DNA of 64,000 nt from Botryllus schlosseri (taxonomy: Eukaryota), in contig CM119371.1 of the NCBI GenBank assembly GCA_051294905.1, positions 11,472,001-11,536,000 of the forward strand, in the 5' to 3' direction. The notes beneath the pieces were generated by a model. That model worked only from the letters and a program-made list of their open reading frames with translations. It did no database searches and was not told the DNA's origin. How positions within the stretch are numbered: the stretch's first letter is position 1; each line of letters starts with the position of its first letter. The translations under genes were made by a program, and so were the position numbers. This document shows, piece after piece, positions 1 through 13,700 of the stretch.

Positions 1-1536
1 TTATCGGTGTTACGCGGGGCCGCGACCAATTAGCAATATTCGTCTGTGCACGCATATCGCACAAGGCACAATGCTACGCGACGCGATTTCCCGCTGAAAT
101 ATTTTGAACGCGGCTTGCGGCCCTCATCGATGCAAATAATGCACTTTAATTTGTAGAAGGTCAGAAGGTGTATTTGTTCGTCAAATCGCGATAGGAGATG
201 GTGTTTGTCAGAGCGCGCGCTGAAATCTACGTTTCTAACGATGAGGTCGAATTTGTACATCTAATTAGGAAATCAGCATAGAATGTTGTCGTTCAAACTA
301 ATCGAATAAATTAAGAATTTGCGCCATCGCGAATCTCCCGTTGCATCAATTTTCGACAACGTAATTCGACCCCGTGTACTGCAGAATGCGCAGTACTAAT
401 AACAAATCAAACACTGACAAGTGACACCTAGGGAATACAAGTCTATAAAGCAGACAAGAATTAGTAGCCTTCAGATGATAGCAAACTAGATAGCGCGCAT
501 CTAATCAGTAATTCCACAACTTGCGTACAGCGCTAATGCCCAAACTTGCCTTTATCTGAAATGGAATGTGATGGCTGGAATGGACACTTTTGAATTGCAG
601 GAATGCTTCTCGCCTGTCTATTATGGTTCTTGTTAGTCCTTCACCTGTCTATTATGAATGCAATTATTCGCAGGGAAATGAAGACGATGAAATTCATATC
701 CTGCTCGAACTGCAGAAGACTCTCGAATAGACAAGAAAATAAAGTCGAACCATGGTTTGAGTGCGATATGTCTTTGTCAGGTAAGATTTGCTACCAGTCT
801 AGTATGGATCTGCTTCAGTTTAGATATAAATAGAAGTTCTATCAAATAGAATCTTTATATATGATTGAAATTCTTTAGCCGTCCCAAAACGAAGGTATAT
901 TATGCTATGCTAAACACTGCGCTCGACGTAATGGAGCTGCAAAATTTTGTATTAGGACCAACTGACGTGGCTGCGCGTCATCGATTCTTAACTCGTTGCG
1001 AAAATATGCGATGGTTAAGTTAACGCACTAGAAACGCGGAAGCTCGAGCGTTATGGGTCTTATGCAAAATTCATTCAAGTTATGTTTATCATATTTTAGA
1101 ATCAGGAAAGGAGGATTTTCACACTAACAGTATTGGAGTTGCCAAAAAGGAAGACATTTGGGCGTCCTAGGACGACAATTTCAAAAACTTGAAAAAGGAG
1201 GACAACTCCTCCTAAAGGATGTCGTATGTTAACCCTAATTTAATTGCAGCACCATTACGGTGACTTTCTGAAGACAATGTCTACGGCAAATTTTTTTCGA
1301 CCTGCGATTTGATTTGAGACCACCACATTTTTATAGCGCAGTGCCCCTCTAAGATTAAGCAGCTAACAAATTATGATCGAACGAGGTCCGAGGTTCATTG
1401 GTATCCCTTAAGATTCTGATGCTGTAGAGAAATTTATGCATCTGAACACAATTGGTGCATCAATTAATGCTTCAATTTATAATCGAATACTATAACAACT
1501 TATAATCAATTTGCCCTTTGGAGCTAAGCTTGTTAA

Positions 1537-2058
1537 CGGTGCACTGCACTCTAAAAACTATGTGGTCTCAAATTCAAGGGCGAAACGAGAAAATTTTTCA
1601 GGCCGCAGCCATTTTCTTCAAAACGCCACCGTAATGGAGCTGCAATTTATTAAATTTTCCACAGGGGAATCATACTCTAGCAGTCGCGCAAAAATCGAAC
1701 TTTATATATTTGTCAGCTGATGCTATGAAGGAAATATTTCGTACACGCCCTATGTCCCAAAAAATAGAATACACTAGGCCCGATTTTGACATAAATCTCC
1801 TGACTGAACATCTTCCGTTGAACGCGGTATCCAAACCACCTTTGAGTGTACGACATATTTCCTTCATAATAACATCGGCTGACAACGATATAAAGTTCGA
1901 TTTCTGCGTGACTGCTGGAGCATGATTCCGATGTGGAAAATTCAATAAATTGCAGCTTCTTTACGGTGGCGTTCTGAAGAAAATGGCTGCGGCCTGAAAA
2001 AATTTCTCCTTTCGCCCTTCAATTTGAGACGACATGATTTTTAGAGTGCAGTGCCCCT
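1537..2058. mobile_element. Palindromic MITE, Kolobok-like
   Basis: ~185-bp TIRs (GGTGCACTGCACTCTAAAA... / ...TTTTAGAGTGCAGTGCCCCT), flanked by TTAA on both sides. Confidence 0.7.
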
Positions 2059-2106
2059 TTAAACTATTCGCCGATTCAACTACACTTAAATCTTTAGTAT
2101 GAGAAG

Positions 2107-2671
2107 CAGTGTCGTAACCAAGTCACAAGGCTCCGAGTCACAACTCAATCTCGCTTTTCATAGGATTGACTCGAGTCAAGTCCGAGTCCAAATCACAACT
2201 CAATCTCGCTTTTTATAGGATTGACTCGAGTCAAGTCCGAGTCCAAATCAACAAGTAGAGGTTATAGTCCGATTCATGGTGTTATGACTCAAGTCCAAGT
2301 CATTGTGTTGACTGCTCAAGTTTCCAGTTGAAGTCCTGTTGAACCCACTTTTTATGACTGTTTGTTGATATCGAATGGTTCGCATTTATAATACACTAAT
2401 TTTCCTTACTTTTTAGTAGTTTCTGGTAGCATTTTAAAGTGCCAGTACCAATAGAAGAAATGCCAATAGTGTGGTTATTTTAGTATTCTTCGAAATTACG
2501 ATGAAATGTCTTTTTGGCCATCTGAGTATCGAGTCATAAGACTTGGTTCGAGTCATGTATAATGACTCAAGTCGAGTCAATACACAGATTGTGTCGAAAC
2601 GAGTCATTTTTGTGTTTTGAGAAAATGACTCGGGTCATGAGAAAGTCAATACTCAAGTCATTACATCCCTG
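2107..2671. mobile_element. hAT MITE (GACTCGAGTC-rich family)
   Basis: CAG..CTG termini and 8-bp TSD ATGAGAAG. Other copies at ~5185-5709, 17081-17586, ~43365-43781 and ~47502-47655. Confidence 0.8.
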
Positions 2672-2780
2672 ATGAGAAGTCTCCTATAAGCATTTCTAGC
2701 TGAAGTTGGTCATGTGCTCCGGATTTGCACGTGAATATTTAGCAAAATAATTTAAAGCTAACATATTGTTTTAATTCCAG

Positions 2781-3110
2781 GCACATACAGTCGATTTACC
2801 GACTTTAAAGTTGACTCCTCCTCATCTTTTGATTGCATGTCATGAGAATGGAGATGAACAATCGTGGATGGCGGCCAATGGCATCACCATCAAGCACAGA
2901 TCCGAAAACCAAAGAAGACCGTTTGAGATAATAACTGATCTCGTAGCATGCTACTACTCATGGTATCTTAGTTATCCCAAGGTCTTTCAAATAATGCCAT
3001 TCATTCAACATGTTCTTGTTGGTGATAAAAATTCGGGATTTCAGTCGAACAAGTACGTCAATTCTTGGAAAAAATATCAAAATGCCCAGCAATCGATTGA
3101 AAAAATGTAG
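2781..3110 (+). CDS. Terminal exon of the SAM-domain accessory gene of copy A
   Basis: TTCCAG acceptor followed by AHTVDLPTLKLTPPHLL...YYSWYLSYPKVFQ. Close homolog of 4745-5074. The upstream exon 674-780 is 2 nt longer than in B (frameshift). Confidence 0.7.
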   Translation, partial: AHTVDLPTLKLTPPHLLIACHENGDEQSWMAANGITIKHRSENQRRPFEIITDLVACYYSWYLSYPKVFQIMPFIQHVLVGDKNSGFQSNKYVNSWKKYQNAQQSIEKM

Positions 3111-4744
3111 GCCAATTAATCTCCCTTGCTCCAAGTACTTGTGCTGTGAGTACTGCTTTCTTTTGGTATGGAATGTACCTGTACATAGTGGATTTTGTTA
3201 TTTTCTGCATTTGCAAAATAATTTGTCTTTTTTGTGGCTAGACTTTTGCTATGCTTTCAATCAGTAAACTTTTCGTTTTTAGTGGCACTGTACATTAGGA
3301 CTGTTCCAAAATAACATACTGTTGAGCCAAAATTGGTTTACTATGGTTTTTTGGCAATTCAATCAATCATTTGATCATGAAACTAGTCAATTTGTGAGAA
3401 ACAATATTTATTGACGACATTACTGTACATACACCCCCTGCTTTCGTTCCGAATCCAATTCTTTTATACTGTTATTACTGTTGAATAGTATATTAATATT
3501 GAAATGAACCCGAATATTTTCAGTCTACACTCGTCAGCAAATCTACACTGTAAGCTAAAACGCGTGCATTTATGCACCAAAAAAACACACAATAATCGAT
3601 TTTTTTTTTAGATGCCACATTGTGTGGTAGCGATGTATGTCATAATATTGTGTGGTCTGAAGTGGCATGTCAGTACCTATCGCTGCAGAGCTCGAAATTA
3701 TGTACCTGAAATACCTCCACACTGTGGATCCACAGGCTCTTCTCGAAACAATATTTTATTTTAAAAGAATCGGTTGTAGAATGTACAATAAAAGAAACAG
3801 TGTAAGTTGCCGTTAAATATGACAATACAAATTGAAAACATAACAATTTTTTGGCGCAGTAAGACAGGATTTTATACAGTAATAACAGAGATTCTTGCAG
3901 GTACAGAACTGCAATACACAACTGAATAGTATGTGCTGTGCATATTGAAATGAACCCAATTATTTTCGGATGACACTCGTCAGAGTTAATAGTCAGCAAC
4001 TGGTGGAGAATTGGAAATAACATTGTATATCAACAATCGTATCACAAAATAGGCCTTCACCAGCATGAAATTCCGAGAGAGTGAGCGTTTAATGCACTAT
4101 TCCCATGCAGGTGGTGCACAAACTTCTGTTGACAGAGTTTCGAATGGTGTATTTTGATAAGATATAAAATACACCATTCGAAACTCTGTCAACAGGAGTT
4201 CGTGTACCACCTGGGAATAGCGAATTGAATGCTCTCTCGAAATTTCATGCTGGTGACATCATATTTTGTGATACGATTGTTGATATACAACGTTCTTTCC
4301 AATTCTCTACTAGATTTGCTGACGAGTGTCGACCGAAAATATTCGGGTTCATTCCAATAAGAATATACTATTCAACAGTAATAACAGTATAAAAGAACTG
4401 GATTCGGAACTAAAGCAAGGTGTATGTACAGTAATGTTGTCAATAAATATTGTTTCTCACAAATTGACTGGTTTGATGATCAAATGATTGATTGAATTGC
4501 CAAAATGCCATAGTAAACCAATTTTGGCTCAACAGTATGTTATTTTGAAACAGCCCTAATGTACAGTGCCACTAAAAACGAAAAGTTAACTAATTGAAGG
4601 CATAGCAAAAGTCTAGCCACAAAAAAAAACGAATTATTGTGCAAAGGCAAAAAATAACGAAATCCACTATGTACAGGTACATTCCATACCAAAAGAAAGC
4701 ACTACTCACAGTCCAAGTACTTGGAGCAAGGGAGATTAATTAGC

Positions 4745-7700
4745 CTACATTTTTTTAATCGATTGCTGGGCATTCTGATATTTTTTCCAAAAATTGACGA
4801 ACTTGTTCGGCTGGAATCCTGAATTTTTATCGCCAACAAGGACACGTTGGATGAATGGCAATATTTGAAAGACCTTGGGATAACTAAGATCCCATGCGTA
4901 ATAGCATGCTACGAGATCAATAATCATCTCAAACGGTCTTCTTTCGTTTTCGTATCTGCGCTTGATGGTGATGCCATTGGCAGCAATCCACGATTGTTCA
5001 TCTCCATTCTCATGACGTGCAATCAGAAGATGTGGAGGTGTCAACTTTGATGTCGTTAAATCGACTGTATGTGCCTGGAATTGAAACAATATGTTAGCTT
5101 CAAATTATATCGCTAAATACTCATGTGCGAATCCAGAGCACATGACCAACTTCAGCAAGAAATGCTTATTTGAGACTTCCCATAATGTAATGACTCGAGT
5201 CATGACTTTCTCTTGACTCGACATGACTCGAGTCATTTTCTCAAAACACAAAAACGACTCGAAGCAATCTGTGTATTGACTCGACTTGAGTCATTGCGCA
5301 TGACTCGAGACTCAGATGGCCAAGAAAGACATTTCCACCGTGATTTTGAATACTACTAAAATAACCACACTATTGGCATTTCTTGTATTGGTACTGGCAC
5401 TAAAAAATGCTACCAGAAACTACTAAAAGGAAAATCAGTGTATTATAAATGCGAATAATTCGGTATCACCAGACAGTCATAAAAAATGGGTTCAACAGAA
5501 CTTTAACTGGGAACTGAGCAGTCATCACAATGACTTGGACTCGGACTTGAGTCATAACACCATGAATCGGACTCTAACCTCTACTTGTTGACTGAGAATC
5601 GGACTTCACTCGGTGATGAATTGAAAATGACTCGACTTGACTCGAGTCAATCCTATAAAAGTGACATTGAGTTGTGACTCGGAGCCTTGTGACTTGGTTA
5701 CGACCCTGCTTCTCATACTAAAGATATAAATGTAGTTGAATCGGCTAACAGTTCAAAGGGGCACTGTTCTCTAAATATGATGTCGTCTCAAATTGAAGGG
5801 CGAAACGAGAAAAAGTTTTATGCCTCAGCCATATTCTTCAGAACGCCACCATAAAGGAGCTGCAATTTATTGAATTTTTCACAGGGGAATCGTGCTCCAG
5901 CAGTCACACAGAAATCGAACTTTATATCGTTGTCAGCCGATGAAGGAAATATGTCGTATAAGCAAAAATCGTTCAAATACCCCGTGCAACAGAAGATGTT
6001 CAGTCAGGAGATTTATGTCAAAATCGGGCCTAGTGTAGTCTATTTTTTTGGGGACTTAGGGTGTGTACGACATATTTCCTTCATAGAGCATCGGCTGACA
6101 ACTATATGAAGTTGGATTTCTGCGTGACTGCTGGAGCATGATTCCCCTGTGGAAAATTCAATAAATTACAGCTCCATTACAGTGGTGTTCTGAAGAAAAT
6201 GGCTGCGGCCTAAAAAATTTTCTCGTTTCGCCCTTCAATTTGAGACCACATAATTTTTAGAGTGCAGTGCACCGTTAACAAGCTTAGCTCCAAAGGGAAA
6301 ATATATTACAAGTTATTATATTATTCGATTATTAATTGAAGCATTGATTTATGCACCAATTGTGTTCAGATGCATAAATTTCTCTCTACATCATCAGAAT
6401 CTTCAGGGGTACCAATGAACCAACATCATCAGAATCTTCAGGGGTACCAATGAACCACAGACCTCGTTCGATCATAACTTGTTAGCTGCTTATTCTCAAA
6501 GGGGCACTGCGCTATAAAAATTATGAGGTCTCAAATTACCTCGCAGGTTGAAAAAAAATTTGCCACAGACATCGTCTTCAGAAAGCCACCGTAATGGTGC
6601 TGCAATTAACTTAGGGTTAACATACGACCTGCTTTAAGAGGATTTGTCCTCCTTTTTCAGGTTTTTCAAATTGTCGTCCTAGGACGCCTAAATGTCTTCC
6701 TTTTTGGCAACTCCAGTACTGTTAGTGTGAAAATCCTCTCCCGATTCCAAAATATGACAAACATATAAATTAAATGAATTTTGCATAAGACCCGTTACGC
6801 TCGAGCTCCCGCGTTTCTTAACCCATTGCGAAATTTATGGTGCGTTAACTTCACCATCGCTTTACTCGTTGTGACTTCTATATTTTCGCAACGGGTCAAG
6901 AATCGATGACTCGCAGCCACGTCAGTTGGTCTTAGTACGAAATTCTGCAGCTCCATTACGTCGAGCGCAGTGTTTAGCATAGCACAGAGGTCTCAAACTC
7001 AAATGTGCTCGCGGGCCATTTCCTAGTTTTTGATGACGCCACGGGCCGCAGCATGAATAATCGGGATATTCAGTGTAAAGGTTCTAACTAGGCCTTATTT
7101 GACGGGTCCTTGCAGACAGGCATTCCACAAACATCGTGGAAATGTGATTTACTATTGCATTTTTCATGCTTTTCACGAAATAAAATCACATTCTCAAATA
7201 TTTGAACAATCTTTTTTGTGCCCGGCCCAATTTTTCTAATTAATAAGTTATAGACATAATACGAGAGGATGCATCATGACCAATGTTCCCTCTAATTTTT
7301 GACGAGTCTTCGCAGACTCACCAACTCAGTGCGCAGACCCTACGACAACAGTGCGAAACGACTAAAAAAAGGTCATTACTTTGGATTTTTTGTGCGCAAC
7401 TTAGATAATCTGTGCCCAGAGACCGTGTCAGCACCGTGCGCAGCACGTGCGAGGGAACATTTATCATGACATTGTAAAACTGTCGGTTATAATAATGCAG
7501 CTAGTGGACCTTTGACGTGCCACAATTTTCTGTAGTATATTTTACAATATACTGAAGATTGATCTGATATCAGAGCATTTGAGAGGTGTAGCCTAATCCT
7601 GGTTTTGATAAAGTCGTTATAAATATAGGCTATTGTTATTGTCATTGCCAGATTCAAATTAAATCAGCGTTAGAGTTTGCCTTCGATTATTATTGGAACA

Positions 7701-10700
7701 TATCAATAACAACTTGAATATAATCATTATTGAGCCACAGTAATACCATTGCATCTTAGGGTGGAGGCCAAAAAGCTGAGTAAAAACATCCTGGATTTTC
7801 GCTTAATCTGCGAGTTCCAAGATCTCCCGATTTAGAAGTAGATGATCCGCACGCCAAAACATTTGATGTTCATGCGAAGTTAGTAGATCTACAAATCCAG
7901 GATGTAGGACGCTATTGCGTCAAAATGACGCAAAATGTAGTGATCCGTGGAAGGTTGCCATGTCAACCCATCGACTTCGTGGTAGTAAATATTATGCTTT
8001 GGCAATGCTGATTGAGTGATTGGAAATGTCGTCGATTTTGGTCATGTGCTACGAGTGCCATCGTTTCCTAGGTAGACTTATGAAATTGATTTGAAGCCAC
8101 TTTGCAGCTTTAATGCATATTACTCTATAGTTTATTCACAGTTATAAGTTCTAAAGACGGCATTGCAAACTGGTACTGTTGTTATTACTGTCTGTAGTAT
8201 GGATATTTTGAACATCGTAGATGGCAGTTCGGACGACTAGAATACAATTGTCATGCCCAGGCATTACTTGGCAAACATATCGGACTCATTTGTAAAATAC
8301 CCAGAAAATGAATTCGTTGACCGCTACAGATTTTACAAGGGAGCTACGGTAATTCTATTGGACATGATTGAAGACAGCCCTTGGTTGGATGTACGGTGCC
8401 AAGCTTTGCACCCCATGATGCAATTACTCTGTGCTCTCCGATTTTTGCTACGGTCATTTTCAACAAACAGATGCTGACTTGATTGGTGGCAGCCGGACAA
8501 CTGCACGCCGAATCATCCAGTGCATTTCTCGGGCATTATCAGAGAATAGAGAAAATTTATCCCACGATTGGATGACTTGTTACAAACAAAGAGTGATTTC
8601 TTTGACATAGGTGGAGTTCCAAATGTCATCGGTTGCATTGATGGTACCCATATCCCAATAAAGTCCCCAGGTGACTCTGTACCAGAAAATGTTATCGTTG
8701 CAGGAAAGGATATTTTTCTTCGAACTGTCAAATGGACTGCAATGCCAAGAGAATACCGGTAGTGACTAATGCTGTTGTGAGATGGCCAGGGAGTACTCAT
8801 GACTCAAGAACTTTTTCAAATTCCAGATTAATATACAAGCTCGGCCATAAAAAATACAATGACTCCATTAACAGATCCACAGGCTGCACAAGAAAAAAAA
8901 TACAGCTATATGCACTCAAAGACACGCGTGTTGATCGAGCAATGCTTTGGCGTTCTCAAACAGCGTTTCCAGATGTTGCTAAATCCTATGCGAATGCAAA
9001 TCGAAAACACCATCCTGGCAATCATTGCAACAATATGTTTGCACAATTTTGCTACAAAAACCAATGAGCCAGTTCCTGATATTGCAGTTACTCCCGAGGA
9101 AGCTACGGATATAATATCTGAAGTTGGATACAATGACGCAATAGCCTATCTTGAAAATAAGATCAACACATATTTCTACTAATTATGTTTATTTGAAAAT
9201 TTTAACGAACACAGTAAACCGTGCTGGTGTAAAAATAATAAAGAGAATGAAATGTGCATATCTTCGTGGAATGAAAGATTCAACTACAATTGCACTGTAG
9301 ATAATAAACAAAGAGCAGGTGTCCCATTATTTGTATTCAAATTGACAAATATGAATTAAAAATATGTACCGAAATATGTGCACCGTCGACACTTGGCACT
9401 TGACACTTGGCAGGCAGGCACAATGAAATATTATGAAGAAATGTTGCATTTCAAAAAATGTGCACCGTCGATAATACCTATAAGCAATGTTCCCTCTAAG
9501 CTACTCACGTGCGCAAATGCGCAGTGCTGACATGGTCTCTGCGCGCAGAAAATCCAAGTTGCCTATAAGGCGAGGAACACTCGGCAGGCAGGCACAGTGA
9601 AATATTATAAAGAAATGTTGCTTTTCAGAAAACGCGTAGTCGGCTATTTAGATAACTTGACATAATTGAACAAAGAAATATTGCATTACATATGTCACTA
9701 ATTCCTCAATTGTCCATGTTCTAATCTATATTTTTCCATTTTTATTGCATGTTCTTCAATACGCATTTCGAATTCTTGCTTTCTGAAATATCATTCTTCG
9801 TCTCTCATGTCTTTTCTTCCTTTGAGGTCCTCAATCTTGGACACCATCAGTTTAATTCTCAGCTCATTGTTTTTCTGAATTAAAAGAAGTTCATATTGAC
9901 TCTGCGATGAGGTAGTAACCTATGATTAAACTAAAACTTGTATTAGGAAGCCAATCACAAAGAAATCATTTGGAAATTCTCTTTGACTTGTTGGCTGATA
10001 TTTTTTCCTCTACTGCCTGATATCAATATCTGTTTCCAAGTGTGGTATCCATTCGATATGAGCGGTGAACCAATAATCGGTCAGTCTCTAGTCATTAAAA
10101 ACTTGTATTCTGCAACCAGCTGATCACAAAGTGCAGAATTGGTAGTTTTCATTGTATTGTATTTGTATACTAGAGCCCGACTGATATTGGAGTTTTGGGC
10201 CGATACCGATAAAACCAATATCTAACTCCTTCACCGATAACCACTATAACCTATATTCAAATGGTGTGGAATACCTTAAAATGCGCATTTGAAAAACTTC
10301 AGGGCATCTATTTGAACAGCTTTACAGCCAATGCTATACTTGGACAGGAAATAAACTAGAAAGGCTGTATCAGGACACCTGTAGAGTGTAATATATGTGA
10401 AATATATCAATATTCTCAGTCTAGTGGTAAAAGATTATAGTTTATGGACTTCCTATCACCATGCTGTGACCTCACGAAAACTGCCCATATATATTCATTT
10501 CCAATGGCCGATACCAATAATTCTTTCAAAGAGTGATATTGTACACCATCTTATATCCATTGTTACAGGATTGTAACTATGTGCATTGCACTGGTAATCA
10601 GCAATCTTTCAAGCAGTCAAACACCATTTCCAACTCTATCGTTCGCAGATACACTTCACTAGAAAACTAAGTACAAAGTGGGAAATTTTTACATAACAAT

Positions 10701-13700
10701 GGTTGGGGCAGTGGAGCAAAAGTTTGCCAAACCCTCCGAAACTGCAAGATTGTATATTTTAAAATATCAACTCGACTTGAAATCCAAATGAGTAGAAGCT
10801 ACATACCAGGTGGCAGATCACTCGTCTTTGTCACGCATGTTGACTGCGATTCCATGTAGCTAGTTTCTGAAAAAAAATGTGAATGTTTCAGAAGGATTTG
10901 AGGCTATAGGGCTACGTATGTTTACACATGTACAATGCACAATTGCACATGCATATTTGCTAGTGATGGTGAAAAATACTGAAACCGATAATTTGACGAC
11001 GAGCAAATAATCTCATTAAAAATCGCTGAATGTATGACAAGAACGTTTGATATTGTGAATGCGTTCCCTTCAATACACCACCGGGTAAGAAATCGATATA
11101 ATATACATCTACACTTGTACAATTGATATGTTAGCAAAAAGTAGTTATGAAAATAACGAGAAGAGTTGCCTCTGACACGAACCGATCTTCATCATGGGGA
11201 ACATTTCTCGATGTGGTCAGTGTATCGAACAAGTTCTCATTACTCTCTCGCAAAATAACTTACATGATTGATTTTCTGCAGTAACTACAGACAATATGGT
11301 GGAATCACTTTCAAAATGATGTTCAAATGGCTGAACCTGTGCTGGTATGACAGCTTTACCCATTAATTAACTGATATGCGCCATATTATGGATATAATTA
11401 ATGTCTACAAACTTACCTTGCAATAAATAGCACCGTCACTGGGTCAGATACCATTGAATGTTCTGAAGACCTTCTGTCATTTTCAGTTTTGAGACTTTCT
11501 CTTGTTTTGAAGCAACCTTCAATTGCTGTTCCGTTTTTTGCCATGTTTGGTGATGTGGCATTTCACGGCTTGGTTGATTGTTTCAAATACAAGACAACGG
11601 CAGAACTCGTTTATTACATAGTTTGTATGCAATTATCATCAAACATTCTGTAATAACATGATCATCAGTCAATAAGGAGATGCACAATTGAGTACCGGTA
11701 ACAAAATATCGCTAACATGCAATATTCACTATCTTTATAATGAGCTTCAGATAAGCAATTTCGATCTACAATGTCATAACTATTACAAACCTCGCCAAAT
11801 TTATATGCTTGTTTACCTTAATCTAGACTTTAATCCTTGTGGCGACCAGGATCAAGAAGCAGCAGTCTATACTCAGTCGGTCCTGGCAGAATCTTACTAA
11901 TCTACCTTTCTGGTCCGCAGAAAATCCAGCAACGTGCAAAATCCCCAGATCTTTTATTTGATCTATATTTTTGGCCTCCACCCTTAGTCTATTTAGCGAT
12001 CGTTTCAGGCTTCTGGGGTAGTTTTGGGGCAAATTCCCAGTTTTCAAAGTAAAAAGGGATATTTGGCAGTTAAATAATGTCGAATACTACGAAATCCCAA
12101 ATACCGTCGCGGGCTGCATAAAATGGCCACGTGTTTGAGACCTCTGATCTAAACTGAAGCAGATCCATACTAGACAGGTAGCAAATCTTACCTGACAAAG
12201 ACATATTGCACTCAAACCATGGTTCGACTTTATTTTCTTGTCTGTGAGAGCCTTCTGGAGTTCGAGCAGGATATGAATTTCATCGTCTTCATTTCCCTGC
12301 AAACAATTAGAGCCATAATAGACAGGTGAGGGACATTCCTGCAATTCAAAAGTTTCTCTTCCATCCATCACATTCCATTTCAGATAAAGGCAAGTTTGGG
12401 CTGTACGCAAGTTGTGGAATTACTGATTAAATGAGCGCTATCTCGTTTGCTATCATCTGAAGGCTACTAATTCTTGTCAGTGTTGGGATCAAGTCACTAC
12501 CTTCGAGTCACGAGTCATTTCGAGTCATTGCACATTTTGACTCGAGTCAAGTCAAGTCAATCGATTTTAGAAGGTGACTCGAGTCAAGTCGAGTCAAGCC
12601 AAGTCACGAGTCAAGTCACAATGCAAGTCAAGTTGTCTTGTCGAAGTATGAGGTATGATTACGTCATTGCAAGAAGTCGCTGTATCGGTCACATATACGT
12701 AGAACTGCTAAACTACGTAAGTAATTGCATAGCCTCAGTTTATTGTTACCAGTCAAAATAGAGAATTGAGAAACGAATTGATAAGATGCAATACATTAGG
12801 GCCTACCCATTTACAAAATGACATGATACAATTCCTGCTTGCGCCAATGGTTCAGGACTATATAAACTATTCGAATTCAATTTCAATAACACAAGAGGTT
12901 TGGTTGACATGAGAACAGAGAACAGAAAACATGAATGGACATGTTGCCATTAAATAATTTTACTATAGTTTACGACAACGTAAGCTGCAAGCTTCGATCA
13001 CTTCGTTTGCGGTCAATTTATTAGTGAGAGAACAATGGAGGCTCAGTCAGTGATTTGACGAGCAAATATACCTTCTACAAATAAAAGTGCATTCTTTGCA
13101 TCGGTGAGGGCCGCAAGCCGCGTTTAAAATATTTCAGCGGGAAATCGCGTTACGTAGCATTGCGCGATGCGATATGCGTGACCAGACGAATCTCGCTTGA
13201 TAATACGACTTCTTGAATTGCAACTGAATATTAGAGTCAGAATGGCCATTTTAAAAGATCGTGGTTTAACGTTTCAAAAAGAGGGATTTCGACACCCCCT
13301 GGTTCCGCGCCTGCCGCCACCACATGCAAAAATAAAAGTCAGCGCCTATGACTGTAGCACTGTTAATTATCAAACATGATACCAACCTCTTGATCAGTCT
13401 GATTTCCAAAAACTTTATCAAGAGAGAGAAGCATTTCCATGTACTTCTCATGCATTTCTGCAACACTTCTATCAACAAGCAGTTGAAACTCATGTCTGAT
13501 CTATTGAGAATAACAATGCGTTACTCAGTTCTGTTAGTCATGAATATGCACATCACTCAAACTGGTTAGCTGAAGTAAATTCATCCATATTATTCAGAAT
13601 AACGCGAAAAAAATAATAGGAAGATAAATATGCAATATAATTGCTTATTTTGCCGAGGCACACAAACAATTTCAATTTACTGATTTTCGAAGTTATGACT

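Larger units (their letters stand above)
1..3545 (+). mobile_element. CMC-EnSpm/CACTA copy A, 3' part (5' part lies left of the window), interrupted by copy B
   Basis: 38-3545 mirrors 4330-6984 plus 12147-13190 in reverse complement. It carries accessory-gene exons 674-780 and 2781-3110. The sequence resumes at 31236: CAGCAAATCTA|GTAGAGAATTGG is contiguous in the uninterrupted homolog at 4298-4322. Confidence 0.8.
7759..11983. mobile_element. PIF/Harbinger DNA transposon
   Basis: 16-bp TIRs GGGTGGAGGCCAAAAA / TTTTTGGCCTCCACCC, a TTA TSD and a Harbinger transposase inside. Confidence 0.9.
6985..12146. mobile_element. hAT (Buster/Charlie-like) MITE carrying a nested Harbinger element and a small MITE
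   Basis: TIRs CAGAGGTCTCAAAC / GTTTGAGACCTCTG, same family as 28080-29141. No TSD; an adjacent deletion is present. Confidence 0.8.
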
